In this document: in pieces, positions 12,213 to 24,445 of the stretch
How the letters are laid out: each line of letters opens with the position of its first letter
Numbering within the stretch: the stretch's first letter is position 1
Assembly: GCF_008831285.2 (NCBI RefSeq)
Contig: NC_045138.2
Span: 18,910,001-18,974,000 of the forward strand
Origin: Nymphaea colorata
Taxonomy: Eukaryota
Length of the DNA: 64,000 nucleotides
Direction of reading: 5' to 3'
Position numbers and translations under genes: made by a program
The notes under the pieces: model-generated
What the model was told of the DNA's origin: nothing
What the model saw: the letters and a program-made list of their open reading frames with translations, nothing else
Databases searched by the model: none

Positions 12213-14139
12213 ATCCGATTGAAATTAAACATGAGAAATTGAGTTTGAACTTATGTACATTTAACTAACTTGGTCAAACTAGATTCTGGATCTGTATCTG
12301 AATTAAATCTCTTTATAAAATGCATGAATTCTGAAATCCAAACAAATTTAGTTCCAGACCCAAGAATGAATAGGTTCTAAACAAGTGAAATCCGCATCCA
12401 ATTCCATTTACAACACCCAAGATATCTACTTTAAAGCGCATAGAATCCAGATCCAACTATAATTCACAAGTATTAACAATAAAATTTCTTAATAAACTAA
12501 ACCCATGTTGGAAGTCTTTGGAAGCCATTAAATATCTATTTTCATGAACAACTAGAGCCATTTCAAAATCCACTTACAAGGTATACATATATTTTTAAAA
12601 CAAGTCAGATCCAAACCAAGATTGGGTATCGAATTTGAAACTCTTTGAACATAATTCAAGATCAAGAATTCATAAAACAATATTCAAGATTATAAGTAAT
12701 TATTTCTCTTTGTAAAACAGATTTTATAATTCTTCTTTGAATCAAACGCACAACAAGTTTCAAAGGTACCACCAAATGACAAATTTCTGAAATTAAAACT
12801 CCTCAATTTAATCAACCTTGGTCCAAACTACTTAGACTCAAAGTCTAGTAGGTTCAAGGTGGTGTATTCTAAGCCTGTTTTTGTTTCTTTACAAAGAATC
12901 ATATTTCAAATAAAACAGAATATGTACCAGTGGATATTCAGATCATCACTGGTATGATTAGTTGAAAACATAAATGAATTTTAACTTATATGAACCAAAA
13001 CTTTTTGACTTTTTTCATTACATAATTGGATCCGCAACCATAGTTACAAAATATAAGGTATAAAGAAATGTTTTTTAACTTTTGACTTTTTTCATTACAT
13101 TTTTAACTCTATAAGGTTTGTGTGGGCAGCTGAGGCCAGTTTCAAGTGTTTGATGAATATGCTTTTTGGATTTCATGAATCTGCTTTTTTTTTTTTAATA
13201 GATTTATGAGATGGTAATAATGTGTCATGCCAAACAACACAAGAAACAAAATTTAGTTCGATTACAAAATAAACTTTGGCGATGAATTCACAGCTGATGA
13301 TTTAACTGGACGAGGAAATGCCTTCAAACTATAGGTAACGAAGTCGAACCCATGTTCAGATGGCATCCGAGAACCAACCAAACACAGATAACGATCATAC
13401 CACACTACCCACTCGAATCTGAGCATTTTCTGGGAACGCATCAACGCGGCTTTTGTTTCAATCTGTATAGCCATTCAAATCTGTTAGATGCTAGAAGATA
13501 TTAATGAATGACTAAAAATTAAAAAAAAAAATGTTAAAAAACTGTTTCTACTGGATTGACATTAATATGTGGTTGATATTGTTAACAATCCTCCATGGTA
13601 TTTTCAAATGTGAATTTTTAGTTTTTAGATTTTACTAGATATATGATACTTCCCAAAGTAGGGTATTTCACTGGGAGAGAAGAACAATTTTCTTGGCCAA
13701 AACCTTAAGAAAACATGTAGGATTATAATTTTCTCGGTAGTTGCCATTTTCATGACTAAGTGCTTCAGTTCTACCTCCCTTCATGCAGTTGCATCTGGTC
13801 CACAGGCTTCTGCACAGTAGGCCAAGTGGTAGCTGTCAGGTGGGTGCGCGGCCATGGTTTGACTCTCATGGGCACTACCAAAACTTAGAAGAGAAATGGA
13901 GCGACTGAGGGCCTCGCAGACGTTGTGCTCCTGGTCCCAAAAAGGTTCTACGTCTATATTCCCTGTTCAAAAGTTTGACAGAATGACATGTTCATTCTTC
14001 TTTGCGTGCTTGAGGAAGGTACCTGGTAAGGTTTCGGAAAATGCCTTCGCGAAATGCCTTTGCGGTAGATAGCCCCTCAAAGCTGTGTATTTTCGGTGCC
14101 TTCTCCTAAACCCCACACCTCTCTTTCTGGGATTTCTTA

Positions 14140-14635
14140 TTTCAATCTTTGTCACTTGTGTGTTCTGGCGTTCGCTTGATGTCTTGGCTTAGAGAACTGG
14201 TCGAGAAAGCAGAGGCTCGGGTTTGCATGAATGGGCAGGTGGAACCTGCTTTCAAGCTTAAGTCGGGGCTGCACCAGGGTTGTCAACTTTCTCCTCTCCT
14301 TTTCAACATTGTCGTTGCAGTCATCTATGACCTCGTCCGACAAGAGAGTGATCATCAGGTGCTTACACCTGTTACCTTCCATGGGTTCTCGAGCAACCTT
14401 CTTCAATATGCTGATGATGTGCTTTTTTGGGGGGGAATCTTCTCTTCTACAATTGATTGCAAAGTAACTTATTATTTGTAAAGTGTTTTCTGCTCTGACA
14501 GATATCTAGGTCAATGAAGCTAAGAGCAAGCTCATGGTGGTCAACGGAGATGTCCAAATCCCGGCTATTGTTGCCTCAACAATCAATTGCACTTAAAAGT
14601 AGTTATCAACAACTAACTAACATATATCTTGTTGC
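14140..14635 (+). mobile_element. Degenerate L1-type LINE reverse-transcriptase fragment
   Basis: Motifs MNG..GLHQGCQLSPLLFNIV and LQYADD, followed by an out-of-frame VNEAKSKL. Confidence 0.88.
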
Positions 14636-15305
14636 TGATGACCAAAACTGGCTCGATCTTCTAATCTGCACTCCAACTATCTAAGCCATTTGAGCTTGCT
14701 AGATCCAACCAAAATTCTGGAATACGCCTAGAGTCGTGGAAAGCCCAGCCCTACATTTCTGTTTGCCAGGAATACAAGATGCAAGCAGCCTGATTTTTCT
14801 CATATGTTGCAACTGAAATGCGTTTAAAGAAACAAAAATTGATGGATTCGCTACCAACATACAACAATATATCTGCAACACTCGTTGCCTCCAAATGTCA
14901 GTACATTTGATTACAAAATGCTTATGCCAAAAGACAATGTACACTGCTCATAAAATTGAAAATAAATTTATGAACCATCTAGTGACAATCAGAATAGTAC
15001 CGTTCTTATATTCTCAAGTCTACAATCAGTTTTAATGAACCCCACAACTGGAAGACGATCTGTACTAAACTTCAGTTTCATCTTCTCAGAAGCAGAATCT
15101 GGCCCGGAAGGATAACAGTGCCCAGAGAAAACACAGCCCGCAGGGGCTGTGGCAGGTATTAGGTTGCTTGGAAATTGAATAATTTGATCATATGAGACAA
15201 TAATCATAACAACTAATGTACATCATGCTCAGGTTGGCCCTGCCAAGAGGGAAAAATTAAATCCAATGGCAGCAACAGCTTACAGTACTTTTCACTGCTC
15301 CCTGC

Positions 15306-18300
15306 TCAACCATGTGCACGTGACTGGACAAACTCTTCCAGCTTTTCCCATACCTCAAGTGCTGCAGCCCTATCATGATGCCGCTTGTTCTTGCTTATCT
15401 GAAAGATTGTACACCATAAGGAACAATTCATAATTTCCCAGTTTTTTAATTGGTTTATAATGCATCAATGAGGTGAAATAAAATATAAAAGCTTATGGAA
15501 TATCCAAAATGGTCAGGTGGATGTGCTTACAGAAATAATTTTCACATTCCACTGCTTCACCAATTTCGCCGACTCCACACTGTCATCCTCAAAACGCATG
15601 TAGAAGCCAATTACTGCAGAATGTCAAAATATACCTTTATAAGCGTTCAATCCACAAATGTCCAAATTACGGGCAAAACTGGATCTTATTCAATGTACTA
15701 AACTCCCAGAATCACCAAACCCAAATCATGGATTTATCGAAAGAAGTGTAAGACCTATCATCTTTACCACTTCTTCAAGGTATTTGAGAAGATTGACCAT
15801 TAGACATTATGATGGTAAAAATAGATGACCTAAGAGACTAAATTCCCTTGTGAACATTAAACCTCAATTAATTCGCATGGGTAAAAGTTGGCATATATTG
15901 TGTGTATCTCCTCATATGTATCTGTGCTTATGCATATTTCATGCAGTCATAAGTGTGTGCTGATGCAATATTGATGGATTGCCACTAACTCATTCATCTC
16001 TATTCTAAATATTTATCCTGTGAATTTTTCACAGGAAATCAAGGTCCTAAGCAAAAGACTGATCTAAAGTAGCAGAATTAATGGTGAGACGGACATTACA
16101 CTTTCATGCACATCCGTGTCAACAGCCATTACACTAACTAAAGCATAAATCCTAATCGCACCATGAAAGAATATTGATGTGCTTTTAAATGAATATTCAA
16201 TTATTTTAAATTCAAAAGCACAAAAAATAGTACATGCCAACATTACATTTACAAGAATTATAGGAAGCAGCATTAATTTTAAAAATTTCTAGAATACACA
16301 TGTATGAGAAGGGACCAGCATTGCAGAAAAATGAGAAACCACTCAACCACAACAGGCAAGGATGCCACCGAGGGAATGACTGGATTTAACTACGGCCATG
16401 AGATGATACATGAATGGCCATGAAGCAACAGATAATAGGTTTTTAAAAACTAGTTAAAAAACCTGTTTTAACGAAACATCATTCTTGAGGCAAACGCAAC
16501 CATAGTCTTTCACGGGAAAACATCGGAAAATTTAAGATACAAAATAATTATAAAAATCACAGAAATATATAAAAGTTTTCTAAAACTTCTCTTGCAAAAA
16601 TAAAAATAACCAAGCACAAAAGCCCTTTGGGAATATGAAAATAAACAAAAAAATGAAATGACATGCTCAAAAATATCATAAAAGAATTTTAAGATGCCTG
16701 AGGATAACATTGGAATATTTTCATTTCATGGACGCTATTTTGAAAAATATAAGCATCTTTATAAGATATTGCCCGCTGCCCTTCCGATTGTGATATGTCA
16801 GAATATTTTTGAAATATCAAAGATAATAGCAAGTATGCTTTTAGTCAATGATATAGTGGAAGAACAAAAATAACATTTCAACATCTTAAATTGTGGTTTA
16901 ACCTTCAAATGATACAATAGTATTTTGATGAGTTTATCACATTAAGACAACGCCTTGTGCTTGAATTGATAGCAATACTACTTTTATCACATTAAAAGGA
17001 AGCCTCTATGCTTGAAATGATACACTAACCAGAAAAGAACAAAATAATAATTGCATGCCAAACCAAAGGCCGTTCGATCATTTAGATTAGGTTTCTAGAA
17101 GGGCAAATGCTCAGAAATCGATTTGAGTTACTCAAGATTTTTTTTTTTTTTTTAAGAAAAGCATGTTTCAAAGAACTGTGACGATAGGAACATCAAGTAA
17201 CATCGGTCAGCTGTTACCATGCAAGCTTCACCTGATATCCTGGTCCTACGGTCACCCTTCAGGTCATGTAAAGGTTAGCCTCATCTAGCAGAGGCAAACA
17301 AACACATGGTGAGGAAGTCCCTCCACCACCGTACAGATTTTTTAGGCTTTGAAAAAGAGTGAAGAAAGTCAGAGGTGGAGCGTGAAAAAAGTCAGAGGGG
17401 GGAAATATCCGACTTTCTTCTGAAATGTCCTGACTGCCGTACACCTAGGAAGCACTATCTTGCAATTGGACAAGGCGTCACAGCCTCAACTTCAAATTTT
17501 TTAGAGCAAAAAAGATCTCTAAGTTGAAAAACCAGCAATTCAGAACATAGAAACACTATCATGACGACCTCTAGATAAGAAGATAAGAATTCCTGTAGTG
17601 TGCCTAAAGCATTAAGGCTCACCGCAACAGCTCAGAACTAGAACAAACTTCAAAACGAAACTCACAAGAAATCAAAACTTTGCACAAAAAATGGTTTTCT
17701 TTAGAAAATCAATCCACAATAATGATGCTTACATAGAAAACTATACCAACTGTGATTTTTATGTGTGAGGAAAGGGTAACAAAAATAAGTTCAGAATTCC
17801 TAAATTTAAAAATATGTGGACCGTCGCCAATCCTTTAACCCAAGCTTTCTATCAAAACTACAATTTTTCTGCTTCCCTTTTCTTCAGCCAAACTAAATTC
17901 CCTGCAACTATAGCACGCAGAGTATCACAAAAATCCAAAACCAGAATAGGATAGAATCGAAGAAGAATATATTTTTTGAATGGGTGGAATTTAGCAATCA
18001 AAACAAAGGTGACTAAGAAAAGTAGGACAAAATGCTAACTGGTTTTGGTCTGCATACTCTTATTGAAGATCTCTACGTGGTCTTTGAACGGCCAGTCCTT
18101 GAATTGCCACTCCTTGCCGAGCACGAACACCGCCACAACCCGGTCCCAATCCTCCGTCTTCATCCCCGACGGCTTGTCCCGCACCTCATACGCAGCAACC
18201 GCCCTGTCCCGGCTGAGCTTCTTCTGTACTGTGACGCAATCGGGCTTCGGCATTTTCGATTCCCTCATCTGTTTCACCTTCACGTCGGTCGGAACGAACA

Positions 18301-19087
18301 CCCCGTCTTCCAAGAACTCCTTCACGTTGTAGATAGTGATCAGCGTCTGGAACGCGCTCGGAACGAGGATAATAGGCACACCTTCCCCTGCCTTCCCGCC
18401 GAAAAGCTTTGCCTTCCCGAGCTCCTTCCCCCTCCCGTAATGCGAGCCGTCGTGATCCTCACCGTTCTCCTTTCCACCGTCCCGCCGCGACCTCTCTTCG
18501 TCCTTCCTCGCCGTCGATGAAGCGAGAATACTGTAGAAGTCCCTCGTTCTGCACTCCAGCAGCGCGTCCCGATCTTTGAGCGGCCTCTCCAAAACCCTAA
18601 TCGCGCTAGTGTACCCGATTGCCCCCTCCGAAACCCTAATCCTCGCGATAGGCGGCTCTAAAGAAGCCGGCTCATCATCTGGGGGAGCAGCTGTCGCGGA
18701 CGGGAGCGCGGTGGAGGCAGAGACGTCGTCAGCCGCCGCCGCTGTGGCTGGAGACGAGGGACGGACTATCAGCGTTTCGACGGCATCGGTGGAGGAGATT
18801 TTGCCGTGCAGGTAGTCGAGAAGGGGCTTCCGGTCGGTGAAGGTGACGGGCTGGATGCGGCGGGAGCGAGCGAGCTGGATGTAGTCAGTATGCTTGACAT
18901 GGGCGTTCTGTACATAGAAGATGAGGGACTCGAGGGTGTAGAGGCCGCCCTGCTTCGACCGATAGGCCGTCTCGGAGTTACAGGGGAAGGCGTAGGCATT
19001 GCCGAACCGGAACTCGTCGCCAACTCGGACGATCTGGTCGAGGTCGCCCCGAGTCGTGAAGTCCCGAAGCGCAGAGAGAGGATCCAT
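15306..19087 (-). CDS. CDC73: Parafibromin/CDC73 subunit of the PAF1 complex (plant PHP), 3 exons: 18058-19087, 15531-15613, 15306-15398; 401 aa
   Basis: N-terminus MDPLSALRDF; C-terminal domain VPIILVPSAFQTLITIYNVKEFLEDG..WDRVVAVFVLGKEWQFKDWPF. Downstream exons splice in frame (IIGFYMRFEDDSVESAKLVKQWNVKIIS/ISKNKRHHDRAAALEVWEKLEEFV). Confidence 0.96.
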
Positions 19088-20392
19088 CGCCGGCCGGCGT
19101 TCGCGCAGTAGAGAGAAGAGAGAGAGAGAGAGAGAGAGTAAGCAGAAGTAACAACGACGACGACGACGAGGGTTTTCAGAAAGAAGAAGGATTTTCTTAC
19201 CGGATCCCTTGATTTTACACTATTTCTTATATACTCCTCTTTGTTACGTTGAACTTGGTGTTCGCACTCACTCCTGATTTTGCTGCATTCCTTGCAACTT
19301 TCTTTTAAATGTTTATTTGGGTGTATACTTAGGCCTTCCATTAGAAATTAGATTCGAGTTAAGTTGAAGAAAAATCTGTATCATATCCAAATCTGAAAAC
19401 TAAAACAATATTTTTAAATCAACATTCAAATTTGATTTTGACTTTTAAACCGATTCTAAATTGCATTACATCTAATTTGAATCTCAATTCGAACCTAGTT
19501 GATATTTACTTAAATCTGAATCCACACCCAAATCTAATCGAATATCATTTGTCATATCCAAATTCAATCTGATTTTTGAACTCGACTCGTTTTTAAACTC
19601 ACAAATCATGAGCTCGTAAATCATTCATCATTTTAGCTCGACTCGAAGAAAGTCGTAAATCATTGAGCTTCATCTTCAGCTCGGGTTCAGCAATACTTTG
19701 TTCTACGAGCCGAGTTGGCCTTGGGTTGACTCGTTGAACAAAATCGCTTCCGTCACCCCTGCGTCTCGAGCCATCGACTCGGTCGGTCGCCTTTGCTCTA
19801 TTTCTGGAATATGCCTTGCAACGCCGTAGAAGGCAGGCAAAGCGACTCTACACGCACTTGCGTATCCGGTATCCCTTTTCCAGGCCAACTGCCCGGAAAG
19901 GTTGAAGCTTTTCTGTCGCAGTCCCCGAAATTCGGTCTCATAGTTTCCACCAAAGACAAGCTAATTGCTGAGATCCTCAACTCGTCTTCCAGGTGAGCCG
20001 TCGAAGCACCAACCTCGAATTCCGTTTGGTTTTTTGTTTGGATGAGGCGTTCTATCGAGATTCTATTCTAGCCGTTCAGTTTTCTGATGTTTCTCTCTTG
20101 AATTTTTTCATGTCTGAATCCCCATTTCAATTATTTCCATGTTCGACTTGCTTGCAATCATTCAGTGGAACGAATTTATGCTACTTACAGGATTTGCGCA
20201 CGGTTCTCAACTGGGGTTTCCAGGTTTGTGGTGGAATTTCATGTTTTCCGGTGACTCGAGAAGTTGGTTTCTATTGCGTTGAGGAGTTGCTTAAGTCGGT
20301 TTTTCAACTTTGAGGAACTCCATGTCCATGGGATATGAATAATCGTAGAGGTGACATGTTCTGTGCAAAACAAGATAGAAATCTTTTGACCA

Positions 20393-20509
20393 CTTGGACG
20401 CTTCTCGGTGTTGGCATGTACATCTACGAATCGTCTCTGTTTTCCTTTTGAACTCTTGGACGCTTCTTGGTGTTGGCATGTACATCAATAAATCGTCTCT
20501 GTTTTCCTT
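20393..20509. repeat. 62-bp tandem duplication (x2) in the probable 5'-UTR intron of the F-box gene
   Basis: CTTGGACGCTTCT(C/T)GGTGTTGGCATGTACATC..AATCGTCTCTGTTTTCCTT at 20393 and 20455. Confidence 0.85.
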
Positions 20510-21777
20510 CTTATATTGTAGTGCGACAGGCACTTGCTGTTTGCGACAATACCATGGTCGTATTCATTTACACTGGCAAGTCATGGTGATGTTAATACCT
20601 TTCTTCATTCATATGCCGTCATTAAGTTTAAGCTTCATCAGAGATTTAGTAGAACTTGACACCAGCAGTGCGAATTCTTTCAAGTCTTTTGGCACTTTAA
20701 CGTTGGGTTTTTAAGATTTTGATGTCGCTTATGCTGATATGTACATTAGTCCTGTTGCATCATTAAATTCTTTTTGCTGCATTGATCTTTTGGTTTCCAT
20801 TCCTTGTAATGAGTATAATCTTTGATGGTACCAACTTACGGATTTGAGTTCAACTCTTAAAAATCTGATGCGTTCCACTTGGCTCTGAAATACCGAAAGA
20901 CAGTTGTGTTCGAGCGTTGCGATTTGTAGTAACATTGATGCTATGGTTATCTATTCAGTTTTTAGTGGCTGGTCTTTAAGCATAGATCTTCGGCATTCTT
21001 GCTTACTTTCGCAGTAGAATACTTTGCTTTTGCAGTTACAGTTAATGGTTTTATGTGCCATCTCTCCATGTCATTTTTTATCAATATAGACGTTATTGTG
21101 ATAGTAAACTGCAAAAAGAAGCGTCACATTGATTGGTGCCAAATTACATGCTAGGGTCCAAGTTTTGTTATTCTTATTTTCTTCTTTTTTTGAAACTCAT
21201 GCAGTGTCCTTAAAGAGAAAATCAAGAAGGGAAAGGGAACTGTATTCTATTATTATAACAAGTTAGGTAGTATCAGTCTTTCACATGCCATGAATTCTAT
21301 TCAAGTTGCATAATTGAACGAAGCTGGATTTTAACTTTTCAGTAGTAGTCTCAGGAGTTGATGCTCCGAGAAAGATCTGCTTCTGGGCCTCTGGCGATAG
21401 TGATTTAGATAATGAGAAAATTTGATCTAGAGGAATCAGATTATTGCAGGATAACCTATTCATTGTGCATTTGCTAGTTATATACTTTTCTGCTAATCCT
21501 TTTCCAAATCTTTTGTAGGTGTGTACCCTCCTCTTTGGAGTGTAGACTTCCTTTTCTTTAATCCGTCTGCCTTCCCTACTATAGGTTTAGTAACTCTCTC
21601 TCTCTCTCTTTTTATCTCTTTTTGTATTGGCAATCTGTCAAATATTTTTCTCTCATGTTCTTCTAAAGCATGTTTGTCATTTTTGTTGTGCGGGCACTGG
21701 GCAACTGAATTTTGAAGTAACCGGTATATTGACTGCCCTTCTGTTAAAGATAGGTCACCCTGAAGCAGTCTGACAAC

Positions 21778-22814
21778 ATGTCTGATCTGATTGAGGGTCT
21801 TCCTGATGATGTTGCCCTTCGCTGCCTTGCATATGTTCCATTTGTTCATCATCTGAAACTGCAGCTTGTTTGCCGTTCATGGAGAGATGCACTCCGCAGT
21901 CCTGAGCTACTTAAGGCTCGTCATGAGGTTGGAGTGGCTGAAGAATTCCTGTGTGTGTCTGCATTTGAGCCAGAAAACTTGTGGCAGCTATATGATCCCC
22001 GATTAGATATTTGGATGACACTTACAACTTTGCCATCAGAGATCAAGCATTTGTCAAACTTTGGGGCTGTATCTGTTGGTGGAAAACTATTTGTGCTTGG
22101 TGGTAATAGTGATTCTGTGGATCCTCAGACGGGGGATCATGACAGCATTTTCCCAACCAATGAGGTTTGGTCCTACAATCCAATTCTTCGGCAGTGGACT
22201 TCATGTGCACGGATGTTGGTTGCCCGGGCAATGTTTGCATGCTCTGTGCTAGATGGGAGAATAATTGTTGCTGGTGGCTTGACTGGTTGCAGAAAACCTT
22301 CCACCAGTGCAGAAATATATGATCCTGAGAAGGATACATGGGATGCAATAGCAGAGCTTCGCCACACTTGTAACTCAGCTTGTACTGGTATGGTGATCTC
22401 AGGAAAGTTTTATGTGCTGCATAAGGGATTGTCGATGGTGCAGGTGCTGGAACACCGTGAGAATCGTTGGCTGGTAGAGGACGAAGAATGGCTGCAAGGT
22501 CCTTCAGCCATGGTTGGGGGGATTTGTACGTATTACACGGTGGCTTGATTATCCGACCAGTAAAACCACTGATGTTAGTGATTTCAATTGCATTTGACTT
22601 CCAGAGCAGGATTGGGTTTGCGCTTATTGGACAAGGTCAGAGTCTCTATCTGATTGGAGGTGTGGATGGTCCTGGACAGTGGAACGTCCCAATCAAATTG
22701 CTATCTGATGTGAATGTCTTGAACGTGAAAATCAGGGGTTCAACTTGGCGACAACTATCCCCAATGACACGGTGCCATGGCACTGTGGTTGGAAGTACAT
22801 TGCTGACGATTTAA
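21778..22814 (+). CDS. SKIP30: F-box/kelch-repeat protein, SKIP30-like; single coding exon with a 1-nt frameshift at the G6 run 22516-22521
   Basis: F-box LIEGLPDDVALRCLAYVP and kelch repeats (GKLFVLGG, ARAMFACSVLDGRIIVAGG, AEIYDPEKDTW). The C-terminus continues in another frame (GDLYVLH..LYLIGG..WRQLSPMTRCHGTVVG). Probable 5'-UTR intron 19993-21753 (AG/GTGAG ... ATAG). Confidence 0.85.
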
Positions 22815-24445
22815 CTGTCACTGTCTATAATCCTTCATCTTTTTTCATTTTCCTTTTCAGGATTCAGTGAAATGGCTTGTGTCTTGTCTGAGTATATATC
22901 AACATTAGTGTTTGGATTCAAAGGAGTCGAGTATTTATTTGTCGTCTATGCCGGTTGGTTCCTACTGCTTCTTGTTAGCTCATCACCTGATGAGTGGATA
23001 ATGCTGTTATGTTGGTTAATGTTGAGAGTGTGGTCCGGAAGTTCTTGCTTCTGTAGATTATCTTCATATTAGGGATGCAAAGACGTCTAAATTCTTATCC
23101 ATTAATCGCAGCATTTCTAGCGCATGCCAATTGACTAGTATTTTGACAAGTTCATTGATTTTTCCATTGAAATGCAAGTTTGCATCTGGATACAGGTCAA
23201 AGGTTGAGTAGTTTTTTCATATTAAACATGAGCATGTCTAACCTCAGGTCTAAGTAATTGTTGATTGGTACGAGACCAAAGACTTGCATGTTCGTCACTC
23301 AGCACTTCAAAATAAGATGGATCATAATCCGAACGGGACATGCCTCCATGATGACCACGCCCCTTTGTCGTGCTACCACAAGTGCAGATTATGGCACACC
23401 TTGGTTTACATGGAAGGTGAAATGTCGTCATGGTCTACTGTTATTAGTATATTGCTAAAGGGTCCATATCAGTCTACACATCAGTATTCTTGCTCCACGT
23501 TAAAAGTGTCTATGGAGTCATCATTTGTCAATTAATATTATATGTTTCAATTTGCTTTTACTATTAAAAAATCTAGCCCAATCCGTAAAGCATCTTACTA
23601 GGTTAGGTCGCTCGGTGCAATCGTTTTCATAGATACTCTTTTGGACCTCATTACGGTTCTCATGGAACTAGTTTTCCGAACGGCTGAGAAAAAGTGGCCT
23701 GTGGATTTTTCTGCAACAGTATTCTTCTGGGATGTTCCCTAGTGGTACTTGTTTGCTATCAGTCTCCCACCTATATTTAGCTATTGAATGGAATTTACCG
23801 CTAACCAACTCGTTGACAACACCTTCTTCTAGGATGTTCCCTGCGCAGCTTGAATCTTAAAAGATCAAGCAGGTTGGAGCAGATATCTGGCCATTATGCG
23901 GCTAGTTTTCGCGATGGTCATACTTGAACCGACAGATGTGAGACCTGGCCTCCGGGAGACGCTGGAACTGCTTGAATCACAGGCACTGCACAAAAGATCT
24001 GTGGTTTGTCTCTTCATAAACAGAATCTCGGAAAGGCCCATTCTTCTAGGCGACCCAAACAGGCCTCCCAAGAAATACCGCAGGATGCGCTCCATCTATA
24101 TTAAACAATCTAAATGTCGGACAATAGAAGAAAGAAAATTTATTATGTTGCTGGATTGAACAGAAAGCCGTTCCTTGGAATACAACCAACAAAAAGTGGA
24201 TCCATTCAATCCGTGCAATTATTGCATCTTCCACGCTTTACTTTTTCTCAAATCTGTTAGTTAGTGAGAACAGTCCACATGTCAAAATGGAAACTGTACA
24301 ATATGCAGTGAGAAGGGTTCCGTCGTCGGCAACAAGCTGGTTAGACGGGAAAGTTGCAGCAATCCAGTAGCAATTCGCATACTGTGAAGAAAAAAAGGGA
24401 GTGAATCCATGGTGTATTGTACAATTACAACACAACTCAGCCCAG

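Noticed and set aside
23865..24159. Opposite-strand ORFs between the F-box and MUSTANG genes
   Set aside because: No recognisable motif; possibly a 3'-UTR exon of the MUSTANG gene, but this is unsupported.
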